Source: a virus. Taken from it: DNA of 64,000 nt. Shown here one piece after another: positions 12,212 to 24,200 of this stretch. How positions within the stretch are numbered: position 1 is the stretch's first letter; the number at the start of each line of letters is the position of its first letter. Below the pieces are notes generated by a model. The model worked only from the letters and a program-made list of their open reading frames with translations, did no database searches and was not told where the DNA came from. Both the position numbers and the translations under genes were made by a program. Where the stretch lies: the IMG/VR virus record IMGVR_UViG_3300024999_000055, positions 42,331-106,330 of that record; one strand, 5' to 3'.

Positions 12212-12486
12212 GTTTTATTTCTCTCCTTTAATGTACTATATAATCCAACTCTAATATATATCCTTTAGATTTTACTTGTGCTACAATTCCAATTAATTTA
12301 ACATAATCACCATTAGGTTTAATACTATTTTTATTACAATTAGGTGAAGCAAAATATAATTTATCTACTATTTTCGTACTAGATACTTTATATAAATAAT
12401 AACATTTATTTCCATGTATCCATTGTACTTCATCTCCGGGGTTTAAATCAATATTAGGATATGTGTTTTGTTTTACTATTAGCATG

Positions 12487-12795
12487 TTATTTAATATTCT
12501 CCTTATGCTCAATTTTTCTAATAAAAACACCTTTCTCATATATCTCAATTCCTTCTTTAGTCCATATATTAAAATCCATTTCCATTGTTTTCATATATTC
12601 TAATTGTCCTTTATATAGTATTGTTTTCCCATATCTATAAGGAGTGAAATATGAAACAATTTTATCTTTTGCAATTATAGTTTTTAAATATAATCTTTGC
12701 CATGATTGTAGTTTAACATTGTAAAATTTTTCAATAAAAGCAATAGGATTGTTTTGATACTTTTCTTTAAAATTTAATTTTTCTTTATTTGTCAT
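12487..12795 (-). CDS. Small protein resembling the N-terminus of a large terminase (Q motif + Walker A)
   Basis: YQNNPIAFIEKFYNVKLQSWQRLYL...YRYGKTIL; only 102 aa. Confidence 0.5.
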   Translation of the reverse strand: MTNKEKLNFKEKYQNNPIAFIEKFYNVKLQSWQRLYLKTIIAKDKIVSYFTPYRYGKTILYKGQLEYMKTMEMDFNIWTKEGIEIYEKGVFIRKIEHKENIK

Positions 12796-14201
12796 ATTTA
12801 TTACCTCTTAACTTTTTTCGTCATATTCCCATTTTAATCCTAATTCACATTCATTACATATTTCTTTACTAAATTTATGTTTACAATTACTGCAACTACT
12901 ATATAGGTTATTATAATCTTTCATATTAAATTGACTTCACTCTAATTTATTTATTATAAGGACATTTATGTAGTTTACATCCACAAATATCATGTGATAT
13001 GCATACATTATGTAAAAAAGGATATTCAGGATGATATGTTTTTAAATCATTGAGTACTTGCGAATAACATCTAGATATCATGCGCATTCCGCATTCAGAA
13101 CAATAATAACCTGCATTACCATTTCCTTCTGCTTCTAAATTATAATTAGTAAATTCGTGACAATTTAAACAATAATATTCATTATGAATTTTAATCACCT
13201 TCTTTACTTATTTTATTTAAATAAATGTTCATGATTACAATATTTCCAATCTAAATTTATATTGTGCATTAAATTCTTTAAATAATCATCTAATTGCTTA
13301 TGACTTTTAATAGGTGGTGATATTCTAATATTAGGATTACAAATAAATAACATTGTTCTTCTTAGATATAATAAATAATTTAAATGGAATTTATCATCCT
13401 TTCTTGCATCTTTATGATGAAAATCAAATATACCAGCACATTCATTATCAAATATAAAACCATTTTTATTAATTATATTTACTATTTTATCTCCATTCCA
13501 TTTTTTAAAAGGTGAATTAAGATAATGTCCTATTGGTTTCATATATTCCTCCTTTGAATAATACAAACAAACAATTCATTATATCTTTCCTAAATAAGAA
13601 TAATTAATTAAATATAATTTACTCGTATCTATATAATTAATATGATGTTTAGATTTTAAATACTCAATAAATTTATCTTTTGCCTCATCAACATTATTTG
13701 CTTTAGTTCTTACACAATGATTCATTATCCATTCTTCATCATAAATACAAACATATTCATCCATACAGTTAATCTCCTTTCTTTATAAAATGAAAGTTTT
13801 ATCATGATTTAATTACTAGATGTAGTATATAATTAATTTTAATATACAAGATATAGTATTTATAAATTTTGATACATTGTGGGTGGTTATACATAATTCA
13901 CTATTTTTATTATCTTGTAAATATTTTTTTATATTCTTATTTATTATTTCTTTATTAGTTTTATAATCATCACTTGAATAACAGCAATATGTTATTATTG
14001 CCTTCCCACAATTTTCACATGATTTTTCATGTGCTCCTTTATAGCAAGCGACACATTCAGAATTTTCTGCACCACATTCACTTTTATCATTATGTTTAAA
14101 ACATTCTCCATAATAATTTAAATTAACATCTTTTCCACATAAAAAACATTTACTATATTTCATAATATTTTATCTACTTTTTATTTAATATTACTTAAGT
14201 A

Positions 14202-14576
14202 TTACTTAAATCTTTTCTTCATTTCACTACCAACTAATTCACCAACAATATCTTTCAACTCATTCTTAATCTCTGTATCTGATAAAATATTAAATTGCTC
14301 TTTTACTTCTTTGTATTGTTTAGTTTTAACATATTTCTTACTTAAATCATCAACTAAACTATTTTTAACTTCTTCCTTGAAATCAGTATCCATAATATCT
14401 AACATCATTCTCTTTACTTCATCTTGTAGTTTTTCTTTAAATGATCTACCATAATGTTCATATCTATTATTCATAACTTCATTAATTAATTGTTTTGCTG
14501 ATTCATAAATTATTGCAGATTCTATGTCACTAATATTATCATTATAGTCTAATTCTACTGTGAAATTTAATTTTAT
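14202..14576 (-). CDS. Hypothetical protein, probably extended to an ATA start
   Basis: Frame open upstream of the track ATG to ATA AAA TTA AAT TTC (xKLNFTVEL), 10 nt after AAGGAG. Confidence 0.6.
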   Translation of the reverse strand: MKLNFTVELDYNDNISDIESAIIYESAKQLINEVMNNRYEHYGRSFKEKLQDEVKRMMLDIMDTDFKEEVKNSLVDDLSKKYVKTKQYKEVKEQFNILSDTEIKNELKDIVGELVGSEMKKRFK

Positions 14577-16552
14577 GATTATTCATCTCCTTTTGTTTAT
14601 ATTATATTTTATATTTCTTAATAATGGACATTCGATCACTTCTTCACGTTCATTGAAATATGTATCAACTATTTCTGAAATTTTATTATTGTATAATTTA
14701 CATCCGTATTCAACCCAATATCTTATCCAAGTTCTAGTAGAATATTCACATTCAAAGCACATTTTTTATTCTCCTTATAATTTATCATAAGTCTTATCTC
14801 TTTCTTTAACAATTTTATATAGATAACTAGGTTTATTAATCGTATCCATAATTATTTCTTCTGTGATTTCTATTTCATTATCACATTCAGAACAATATTC
14901 ATAAGAGTAATTTAATATAGGTTGTAAACTATCAAATTCTGCTTCTTCACTATCTGATAATTTTTCCTTTTTATTTAATTCAAAATATCTAAGATACCTA
15001 TTTATCTTTTTTTCATCCATAATAATATAATTACAGCATATATACATTTTGTAGTATCTTTCTAATATTTGTTTTGATACTAAAAATTCTAATATTTTAT
15101 TTATATTCACAATCTCTTTTGACCAATTTTTAAATATTTTAGTTAATTTAGGTGTGTATTCATGTAAATAAGAATGAAATCCCCATTCCACTAAAAATTT
15201 ATCTAATTTAATCTTATCTCCTTCAGATATAAAGTTTAATTCTTTAATCTCAGGATAATGATGTACACCTAATAGTTCTGAATATTCTTGTAATTTTTTA
15301 TTGTCTATAATATCATTGATTTCTGATGTTAAATATCTGAATGAAAAATATGAAGGTAGTATTTTAGTAAAATCAGTCAATTCTTCTCTTGAGAATTGCT
15401 TAAATTCTTCAATGTTAATTTGTTTTAAATATGTATTAAATTCAGTGTATTTATTTATAATTGTTTGTAGATAATTATTCATATTTTAATCTCCTTTATC
15501 CTTTTCTTTCTGTTTCTTCTTAACTTTCTTAATTTCTAATGCTAATTTACTATCTCCTTCACCATTGTCTTCCTTTTTATCTTTCTTTAACTTTTTATCA
15601 CACCATTTTAATACTCCACAACAACCTACATAACCTTTTACAGTTTTATCTTTACATGTTGATCTAGGGAATTCCATATACATGTCATAACCTTCTTTTG
15701 CTGTCCAATTCATTTTAACAATTTCTGTGATTAGATTTGGACAATTGTTTTGGTTAGTTGTGGATTCTGTGGGGTATGTAGAGTCTATATTTTCTATTGT
15801 ATTGTCATTATTTTCGTTTTCTTCTTCGATATTATGTATGAAAGATACCTCCTTAAACTTCTATTCTATCAATTATCTCTTTTGGTTTACAATATCCTAT
15901 TTGACATTTACCACATAACCATTTCTTATCTAATTGATGCTCCCAACACCATGTACCATTATCTCTTCCTTCTTTTTCATCTGTAATATATCCGCAATGA
16001 GTACATGGATGAAATGATATTCTGTATCTTGTTCTTTTTAACATGATTTTAATCTCCTTTATTAATCTGCACACCTATCACATTTACCTGAATCAGTATA
16101 ATCAGCAAACAATACTCCGCATACTGGACAATGCTCTAAACAATCATCACAAAAAACATCATTATATTGTTCATATTTATTGTGTGGTTTTAATTCTGAT
16201 AACTTTAATAGTTTACCACAATCAGCACATTGTTTGTATTCGTCCATAATTTTATTCTCCTTTTTATTCTTATTATTTTATTAATTCATATTTTGCATTT
16301 AAATTGCTAAATGTTAAAGGGATAACTCCATTAACTATACCAAATTGATCACAATACCATATAACCCCATTCATTTTAGTTATATACCAATATTCATTTA
16401 TTGCATAATTTGCTTTAAATATTTGTCCTTCTTGAATTATATTGATAACTTCACTTAAACTAATAGGGTGATACATATTTATTCTTCCTTTCTTTTTTAT
16501 TTTAATTTCATCACCAATCCTCGAATTTATTCAAATATTCCTATTTGATTTG

Positions 16553-17767
16553 TTAGATTATATTAACTCTAACTGGATGTAAACCTACACCCTCTATTCC
16601 CTCTGCAAAAGCATCAGGAAATACTTTTTTAATAATCTGGTATGCACCATTTAAGTCTGCATTAATAAATTCACCTCCATTACTTTGAAATAATCCTCTT
16701 GCCACTCTTCTACTTTTATTATAATTTTCTTTACATGGTATTTCACCATCAAGAAAACTTGTACCAGAAGTATATGATTCTTCTGTTTCAATAAAATTAA
16801 TACCAACATTCTCACATTTGTATTTAATCTTTTCAATAAATAAACTATGTGGAATACCAACAAAATTCTGATTAACTTTCCTACTCATATTACTTTCTTG
16901 TTTCCAATCTTTATTTTTACCTACTACCACAGTATCGATATTATTCTCAATGCACCAATTAATTATGTATTTACTTGTTTTATGTATATAATCAGTTATT
17001 TTATTATTTCGTTTATTAGTTAATTGCTGTAGTTTATTACTCCAATTTTTATCATGTTTTAATTTTAAATCAGATTGTTTTTTAGATTTTTCTTTATTAT
17101 AATACTGATTTATAGATTTCAATGGTTTACCATTAATTATGAATGATTGTAATCCAATATTATTCCCTACAGTCGCCAAATTATCTATTCCAATATCTAT
17201 CCCTATTATATTGTTATTATAACTTATTTTTTCTGGAACATCAATTTCGTAAACAATTTCCATTATATATGTATCACTTTTTGGTATAAATCTCACTTGC
17301 ATAAGTTTACCATTTACATTAGTTCTTATTTTATTATTTAATGGTTTTAATTTACTCCAACTAAATCTTAAATAACCATCACTTATACTGAATTTAATAT
17401 TATCAATTATTAAATTATATCTTCCTTCTTTTTCTTTATAATTAGGAAGTTTAGGTTTACCTAAAAATTTATCTTTGTTTTTATTCCATTCTTTAATACC
17501 TGCAAAAAATGACCTCCAATTTTGATCAAGTAATTTTAAAGTTTGTTGACCTACATTGCTCCCTATTTCTTTATATGGTTCAGATTCTTTACACAACTGA
17601 AATAATTCATTATATCTAATCCATTTTTTATTATTTATAAATTCTTGACGAATTATATAATTAGCATAATTATAAAGATTTTTAGATTTAAAACATAACT
17701 CATCTATTAATTTCCATTGTGGATTATTCTTTTTAATGATATGTTGTTCAACTCTATTTGTTTTCAT
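16553..17767 (-). mobile_element. tnpB: TnpB (IS200/IS605-family RNA-guided nuclease), no TnpA, no Zn ribbon
   Basis: SKNLYNYANY, PKLPNYK, IGIDIGIDN (RuvC-I), EESYTS, INADLNGA (RuvC-III). Confidence 0.92.
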
Positions 17768-17957
17768 TTATATGTCCTTATATAATTATTTTAATTTACC
17801 ACGTTTAGGTCATATTTTATAGTTAATTATTCTAAAATTTAATCTATAAATTTTAATAAGATATAATCTTCTTTGGGTAAGACCCATACCCTCTATCTTC
17901 TTATAATAATTGAAGATTACTTTTTGTTTTAACTACCACCCTCTTCCCTTGGATATT

Positions 17958-17986
17958 ATTATAATTGTTTTCAGTTTGATTGTCAA
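17958..17986 (-). promoter_or_regulatory. sigma-A promoter upstream of tnpB
   Basis: TTGACA-17 nt-TATAAT. Confidence 0.85.
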
Positions 17987-18029
17987 TATTTATTTTTATA
18001 TTTTGTTAATATTAATTTATTTAATTTAT

Positions 18030-21000
18030 TTAATTTAAACATTTTATTAACATATCTTTTAAATGTGTTTGTTTGGTCGAAACACTGGTTTGTTTAATTG
18101 CATATCTCAATGCTCTATTTTCAGCACATAATACACAATATTCTTTTGCTCTAGTTAACATTGTATACACCATTTCCTTAGTTAATAATTTATAGTGAGA
18201 GTAATCCAACGCTGCTATTACATATTTTATTCCAGAACCCTGTGCCTTATGACAAGTCATTACATAGCCAAGAGATATTTTAGGTAAATGAGACTTAGGA
18301 ATATATATATTACCTTTATTATTAAAATTAACAATTAGAGTATTTCTTATATAATCAATATCAACTACAATTCCTAAATCTCCATTGAATATTGGAATTT
18401 CATCTCCATATTCATTTACTGTTTTATAATTATTTTTATTATTTAAGACTTTATCACCTATATAAATTGTGAAAGGATATTTTGAGTTATCTCCAACAAT
18501 TAACCCTTTTTTATTTTTAGTATCAATAACAATTTCCTGCAATAAATTATTTAAGTAGTAAGCACTTGCTTTTCCTCTTTCTTTCATTGGTACAATGACT
18601 TGAATATCAAATATGCTTTCAGTTTTTGGTAATAATTCTTTAAAGTGTTCTACAACCTTTGTATGAGTATTATTTTTGTCTTTATATATATCTAATTTTA
18701 AGTCTTGTAATTCTCCTCTAATTTCTATACCTGTGAAATCTTTATCAATAATTTGTTCTTGATTTTTAATTTTAATACTTTCTGTAATAATTGCTGATTT
18801 TTCTGCTTGTCTATGAATTTTTGTAAGTTTTACAATTTTTATATATCCACTTTGAATCATATCAAACATAATATTTCCGACACCAATAGATTCCAATTGA
18901 TGCTCGTCACCTAACATGATTAATTTTGATCCAGTTTCTATAGCTTGAATTAATTTATAAAAAATATCTGCCCCATCCATAGATATCTCATCATGAATAA
19001 TTATTTTTACAGGAAGTTTATTGTTTTTATTATATGTAAAACCAGTTTCAGGATTATATCCTAATAATCTATGAATTGTATAACCATCTTCACCAGTTAT
19101 TTCACTTAAATTACACGAAGCTCTACCTGATAATGCGGTTTGGGCAAAAGAATAGTTTTTCTTAAACACTTCTAATTCCCCTGCTACTGTGCTACTCTTT
19201 CCACAATTTCCAGTAATAAATATTTTATTATTCCTTCTTAATATTAACATTCCTGAAGGTACAGTGAAACAATATTTATATCCATCTAATGTTTTATATT
19301 TAGTTATTGGTGTTTTTGTGTGAGGATTAACAATAGTGATGTCTATATTATTTGTTGGTAAAACGCAATAACAAGGATTATCATATCTTTCGTCAATATA
19401 TATTGTCGCTCTAATACCACAAGCAGAAAATGCAAACTGCATAAAATCTGCACTTTCTTTTTCTATTGTAATAAATCTAGGCAGTGAATTTTTTGGACTT
19501 GAACTATCCCAATATTTATATTCATCAATTATTATTTTTAATTGATTATTTGAACATTTATACCAGTAACTATCAAATATTTTACTTCTTTTAGGAGCAT
19601 CAAAATAAATATATGTAAGATTATCTTTTGTAGTAATAGAATAATTAATATTACAATCATTTAATAATTGTAATGCTCTTTTTATTTTTCTTTCTTTTGA
19701 AAAACATAACCTACATCTATTTGTTGAGGTAGTATCGTGAAAATAACCGTCAGCATGTATACAAACCATTAGTCTAATTTCATTATCTGTTAAATCTATA
19801 CCATTTGATGAATAATTAAATGTTGTAATAAATTTACCGTCAAAACCATTTTTCTTTTTATTGTGCTTTTGAATCATCTCAGACATTTTAATATTTATAA
19901 TATTATTTTTATAATTTTTATATATTACTTTGTGTTCATCACATAAACACTGATTTGCCCCTCTTGTTTCAAAATGCCATAGGTATTCAGAAGGATATTT
20001 ATGATATTTTAACGGATTAACTAATTCAGAATTTCCATTTTTATTATATTGTAATACTTTATCACTCTCTTTATAATTTGATATTTTCGCCCATTTTACA
20101 CCATTGAAATATTCTGTATCACAATCTACACAACCTGCCGATCCCGTAATCATTACCACTTGATTTTCAAGAATAGTTTTAATCCCTTCTATTTGTTCTT
20201 CTGTAAATTCCCATCCTTGTCTTTGTTCTAGTTTTTGAATTCTATCTTCCCAATCTTTAAATTCAAAATAATTTTCTACTTCATTTAGCCTTTTTAACTC
20301 TTTGGCAATATTTTCTTCCAAGTTATAATATTTCATTAAGCTAATTTTATCTTGGTTTTCACTTGTCCAAATTATGTTTTGATTCTTCATTTCACGCAAT
20401 GCCTGTGTTAGAGTTTCTTGTGGTAATTCACATCCAATTGTCCCATCTACAGCATCTAGAAGATTATCTATATCCACCCATGTATTACCAATATATGCTT
20501 CCTGATGTAAATAGTATTTAACATACGCTTTTACTCTATTAATTGAATATTCCCCTAATCCACTATTTAAAGCCATTTCATCTGCTTTATCCCATCCAAT
20601 TCCATCAATTTCATCAATTAATATATATGGATTTTCCTCTATTTTTGCAATTACTGTATTTGGACTTCCATAAAAATCAACTAATTTTTCGATTGTATTG
20701 TTACTTAACCCATATTTATCTAATTTTACATATGCTTCTGAATAATCTTTACTGTTTTCATATTTTTCTATTAGTTTTAAAGCAGTTGGAACACCAATCC
20801 CTTTTACTGTGCATAATGCTTTAATATCATTATCTTCCAATACTTCAATAGGATTTTCAAAAGTTTTAAACAATTCAATACATTGTTTTTCAGGTAATAT
20901 TTTTTCTAAAAATTTATATTGATCTTCTTTATTATTTAATTTTATATCTATACACATGAAAATTATTTTATATTGTATGCCAAATCTTTCATTTTCTACT

Positions 21001-21227
21001 TCTTTGCCAATAATTACATAAATTTCATCATCATTTATTTCACACATACATCCAGTTAATGTAATAGTTCCCCATTTATTTATTCGTGGTTCTCCTTGCA
21101 ATGTATCTAAGATAGTAACGGAAATTATACCAAAATCTCCGTTACCAATAATCTTATTTTTAGGAAACATTTGTTTAGATAAACGACATTTGCATTTAAT
21201 CATTATATCGTCTTGATTTTGTTCCAA
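18030..21227 (-). CDS. recD2: RecD2-like SF1B helicase containing an intein
   Basis: HhH region ENPY.L...GIG, GSAG/CGKSS Walker A, DEISM, GDEHQLESIG, LTKIHRQ, TCHKAQGS, YTMLTRAK. Confidence 0.93.
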   Translation of the reverse strand: MEQNQDDIMIKCKCRLSKQMFPKNKIIGNGDFGIISVTILDTLQGEPRINKWGTITLTGCMCEINDDEIYVIIGKEVENERFGIQYKIIFMCIDIKLNNKEDQYKFLEKILPEKQCIELFKTFENPIEVLEDNDIKALCTVKGIGVPTALKLIEKYENSKDYSEAYVKLDKYGLSNNTIEKLVDFYGSPNTVIAKIEENPYILIDEIDGIGWDKADEMALNSGLGEYSINRVKAYVKYYLHQEAYIGNTWVDIDNLLDAVDGTIGCELPQETLTQALREMKNQNIIWTSENQDKISLMKYYNLEENIAKELKRLNEVENYFEFKDWEDRIQKLEQRQGWEFTEEQIEGIKTILENQVVMITGSAGCVDCDTEYFNGVKWAKISNYKESDKVLQYNKNGNSELVNPLKYHKYPSEYLWHFETRGANQCLCDEHKVIYKNYKNNIINIKMSEMIQKHNKKKNGFDGKFITTFNYSSNGIDLTDNEIRLMVCIHADGYFHDTTSTNRCRLCFSKERKIKRALQLLNDCNINYSITTKDNLTYIYFDAPKRSKIFDSYWYKCSNNQLKIIIDEYKYWDSSSPKNSLPRFITIEKESADFMQFAFSACGIRATIYIDERYDNPCYCVLPTNNIDITIVNPHTKTPITKYKTLDGYKYCFTVPSGMLILRRNNKIFITGNCGKSSTVAGELEVFKKNYSFAQTALSGRASCNLSEITGEDGYTIHRLLGYNPETGFTYNKNNKLPVKIIIHDEISMDGADIFYKLIQAIETGSKLIMLGDEHQLESIGVGNIMFDMIQSGYIKIVKLTKIHRQAEKSAIITESIKIKNQEQIIDKDFTGIEIRGELQDLKLDIYKDKNNTHTKVVEHFKELLPKTESIFDIQVIVPMKERGKASAYYLNNLLQEIVIDTKNKKGLIVGDNSKYPFTIYIGDKVLNNKNNYKTVNEYGDEIPIFNGDLGIVVDIDYIRNTLIVNFNNKGNIYIPKSHLPKISLGYVMTCHKAQGSGIKYVIAALDYSHYKLLTKEMVYTMLTRAKEYCVLCAENRALRYAIKQTSVSTKQTHLKDMLIKCLN
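19206..20132 (-). mobile_element. Intein (309 aa) with LAGLIDADG-like endonuclease, inserted in the RecD2 P-loop
   Basis: Begins CVDCDTEYF, block B CDEHKV, IHADG, ends YCFTVPSG...IFITGN followed by extein Cys; removal restores GSAG-CGKSS. Confidence 0.92.
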
Positions 21228-21241
21228 AACTCTACCTCCTT

Positions 21242-24200
21242 TTATTCTACTAATTGAACTCTATCACTTTGTAAAATCAATGTTCCGTCTTCTTTAACTT
21301 CTATTATTCTTTGAATACTATGTTGATAAATAGAATTTTTATATCTTTTTGGTTTGAATATATCTCCTCTTCTGAAACCAGTTACCAATAATAATTCTGA
21401 TCTTTTAAACCATCCGTTTTCTAAAATTATTTTTTTAGTTTTTCCTTTATCATCTATACCATTGTCTTTAGAAATTGTTTTATCATAAAAAGAAAATTGT
21501 CCTGAATAAAACTTCAAGGTTACAACACCTTCGGGAGTTAGGATAGTTACTGAATGTTTATTTTTATCTCTATCTAAAACAGTTCCTATAATTCTATCCA
21601 ATTGAAACTTGGGATATTGTAATCCTTTATATTTTGTAAACCCAATTACTATGGGTTCTTCAGGTAAAGAATAAAAATCGACTATTCCATATTTTTCTTT
21701 ATTAACATTTGCTAATTCATGTCCAGATTCTTTACTATAAAAACTCATACTTTCCATTTCCCATGAACTGATATTACCTTTCATATATTGATTTTTGATA
21801 TTTTGAAAAATAATATTAGTATATGTTTTTATACATTCCTCCGTAGTTATCCACTTATTTAATTGAACAACTTTATTTTTGTAAACAGATTCAAATGAAC
21901 CTTTACGTGATGTTCCCAATGCTACAAGCAAATATCCTTCATCATCATATTTATAATCTTTATCTTCCTGCATATCATTTGCAAAATGTTCCAAGAAAAA
22001 ATTATTTGCATGTTCTGTATCTTCATCATTATATATATCTTTTATTTTGTGCCAAGCAATTGTTTTTGATTGTTCATCTGTTATTTTCTTCATACTTATT
22101 AAATATTCTCTAAAATTATAAAATCTTAATTCGTCTTTTAGTTCAATTGGTATAATTCCTAACTCAGCAATTTTACTAATATCTTTAGAATTTAGTTTCG
22201 TTTTAGATGGATTTAATAATCGCAAATAATCCTCTAATATTTCTTCTCTTGGTTTATTTTCAATTTTATCAAATGATCCTGCTTTAATTAACATTATAGT
22301 CTGACCTTCTGCTACTAATGATCTCATTTGTGATTTACCAGTCTTTAATGTTGTTTCCTTTTTTATCAATACTAATCGTTCATGAAAATCTTTTAAATTT
22401 TTGTATGGTCTATTCTGCATAATGGTTTGTGCTGTTTCGTTATTAATTTTCATAATTCCTTTGAATCCAAAAATAATTTCATTATTTTGTTCATCAGGTA
22501 AAAAACCTTGTTCTGCTTTATTTATATATGGTAATGATACATTGATATCTTTAGATTGTAATTTACCTATTGCTTTTGCAATTTCTCCGTAATTTGTTGT
22601 TCTTTCTTTTGCTTCTATATCAGAATCTTCACATGTTTCTCTATCAACTGCACCTGATTCAACCATTAATACTGCTGTATTCCAATAAATAGGAGGATAA
22701 TAATAAACTAGATTTAATTGTTGAATGAGAATAATAGTATAGGCCACGGCATGTAAAATACTAAAACTGTACCCTAACTGCAATGCTATTTGTTCATTCC
22801 AAATATAATCCAATAAAATTTGCGGTGCATTTGCTTTTTTGCCCCATTCAAAGAACATTGTTTTAGCATCGTCAATTAATTTTTGTTGTTTTTTTGCTAC
22901 ACCTTTTCTTAATTTATTACTTTCTATTACTCCAAATCCTGCAATATTACTGTCCATAGTCAATAACATCATCCGTTCTTGACTTGAACATACTCCATTA
23001 TCTTGAAGTAAATGTCTTTCCATTATTTTAATTTGTTCTTTATTTAATCCAAACTTTTTCATATCCCTATACCATTCAGAAATATTATTTTTATATCTAA
23101 CAAATTTTTCTAATGGTTGCTCTCCACTATCTACCATTAATCTCATAACTGTATTTCCATTAGAAGCATCAATTAAATTTTGTGGTTGAATTAATTTAAT
23201 TGCTTGTTCACCTACACTTGATTCAAACTGAAATGCTGAAAGTATTTCTCCTTTACATAAAATAGCCCACATTTCTTTTGATTTGAAATCTATAACGTCT
23301 GGATGTAAATATTTATTATATGTTTTTCTTAAACTACCTTGCCATTCTATTTTATTATTTTTTACTAACATTTCCATAGTTAATTGAAGCATTGATTCTG
23401 TTTTAGTATTTAGAAAATCATATTTTAGATTTGATACTTGTTCTGAATCGTGTAATTCATAGGCAGATATTAATTCTCCACTTGGACTTCTCATTACTGA
23501 ATTATGTTTTGTGATTGGTTCATTTAAAATAATTACTCCACAAGCATGTGTTGATCTTTTATTAATTAATCCTTCAATACCTAATATAATATTTAATAAA
23601 TTTTTATCCGCATATTCACTGACCATATTTCTAAATTCAGTTACTTGTTTTCTTCCATTATCTAAATCTCCATAAAAACAATCATGAATACTCCATACTT
23701 TTCCTCTTTCTATAGGTACTAAAGAACTTAAATATAACGCAACATCATTGTTGATATGCAAACCTCTACAGCCAGTAAGGATTGCTGACTTAGAAGTTTC
23801 TGTTCCAAAGGTACATACTCTTATTGCATCTCCACCAATACTTTGATAATATTTTACTATTTTATCCATTACTACATCTTTTTTATGAGAACTGTAATCA
23901 ATATCAATATCAAAAATATCTGGTCTTTCTGCTGACATAAATCTCCAATGAGGCATTTCTACACCTTGTTCTAAAGGATTTACTTGAGTAATGCCCAATA
24001 AATAATTGATAATATATCCATTAGCACTACCACGACCTGGGCCGACGAATGATTCGGCTTCTTCCCAGATAATATCTATATTTTTTTGCATAGTATTTAA
24101 ATATGCTCCCATTGGTTGATGTTTAACTTTACTTGCTCCTGTAATTTCTTTACATTCAATATTAACTCTTTCTAATACATCGTCTAATTTTTCTTTTTTA

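Larger units (their letters stand above)
153..16476 (-). other. Accessory region of many small hypothetical phage ORFs
   Basis: Dense co-oriented short ORFs, most with an AGGAG RBS, many Cys-rich; no family recognised beyond those listed separately. Confidence 0.8.

Noticed and set aside
4647-16863. Nested minus-strand ORFs 4647..4865 and 16651..16863
   Set aside because: They are alternative frames inside longer, better-supported genes.
17840-17940. tnpA or small HTH gene upstream of tnpB
   Set aside because: The frame after the RBS-like sequence stops after 12 codons, with no HUH or serine-recombinase motifs.
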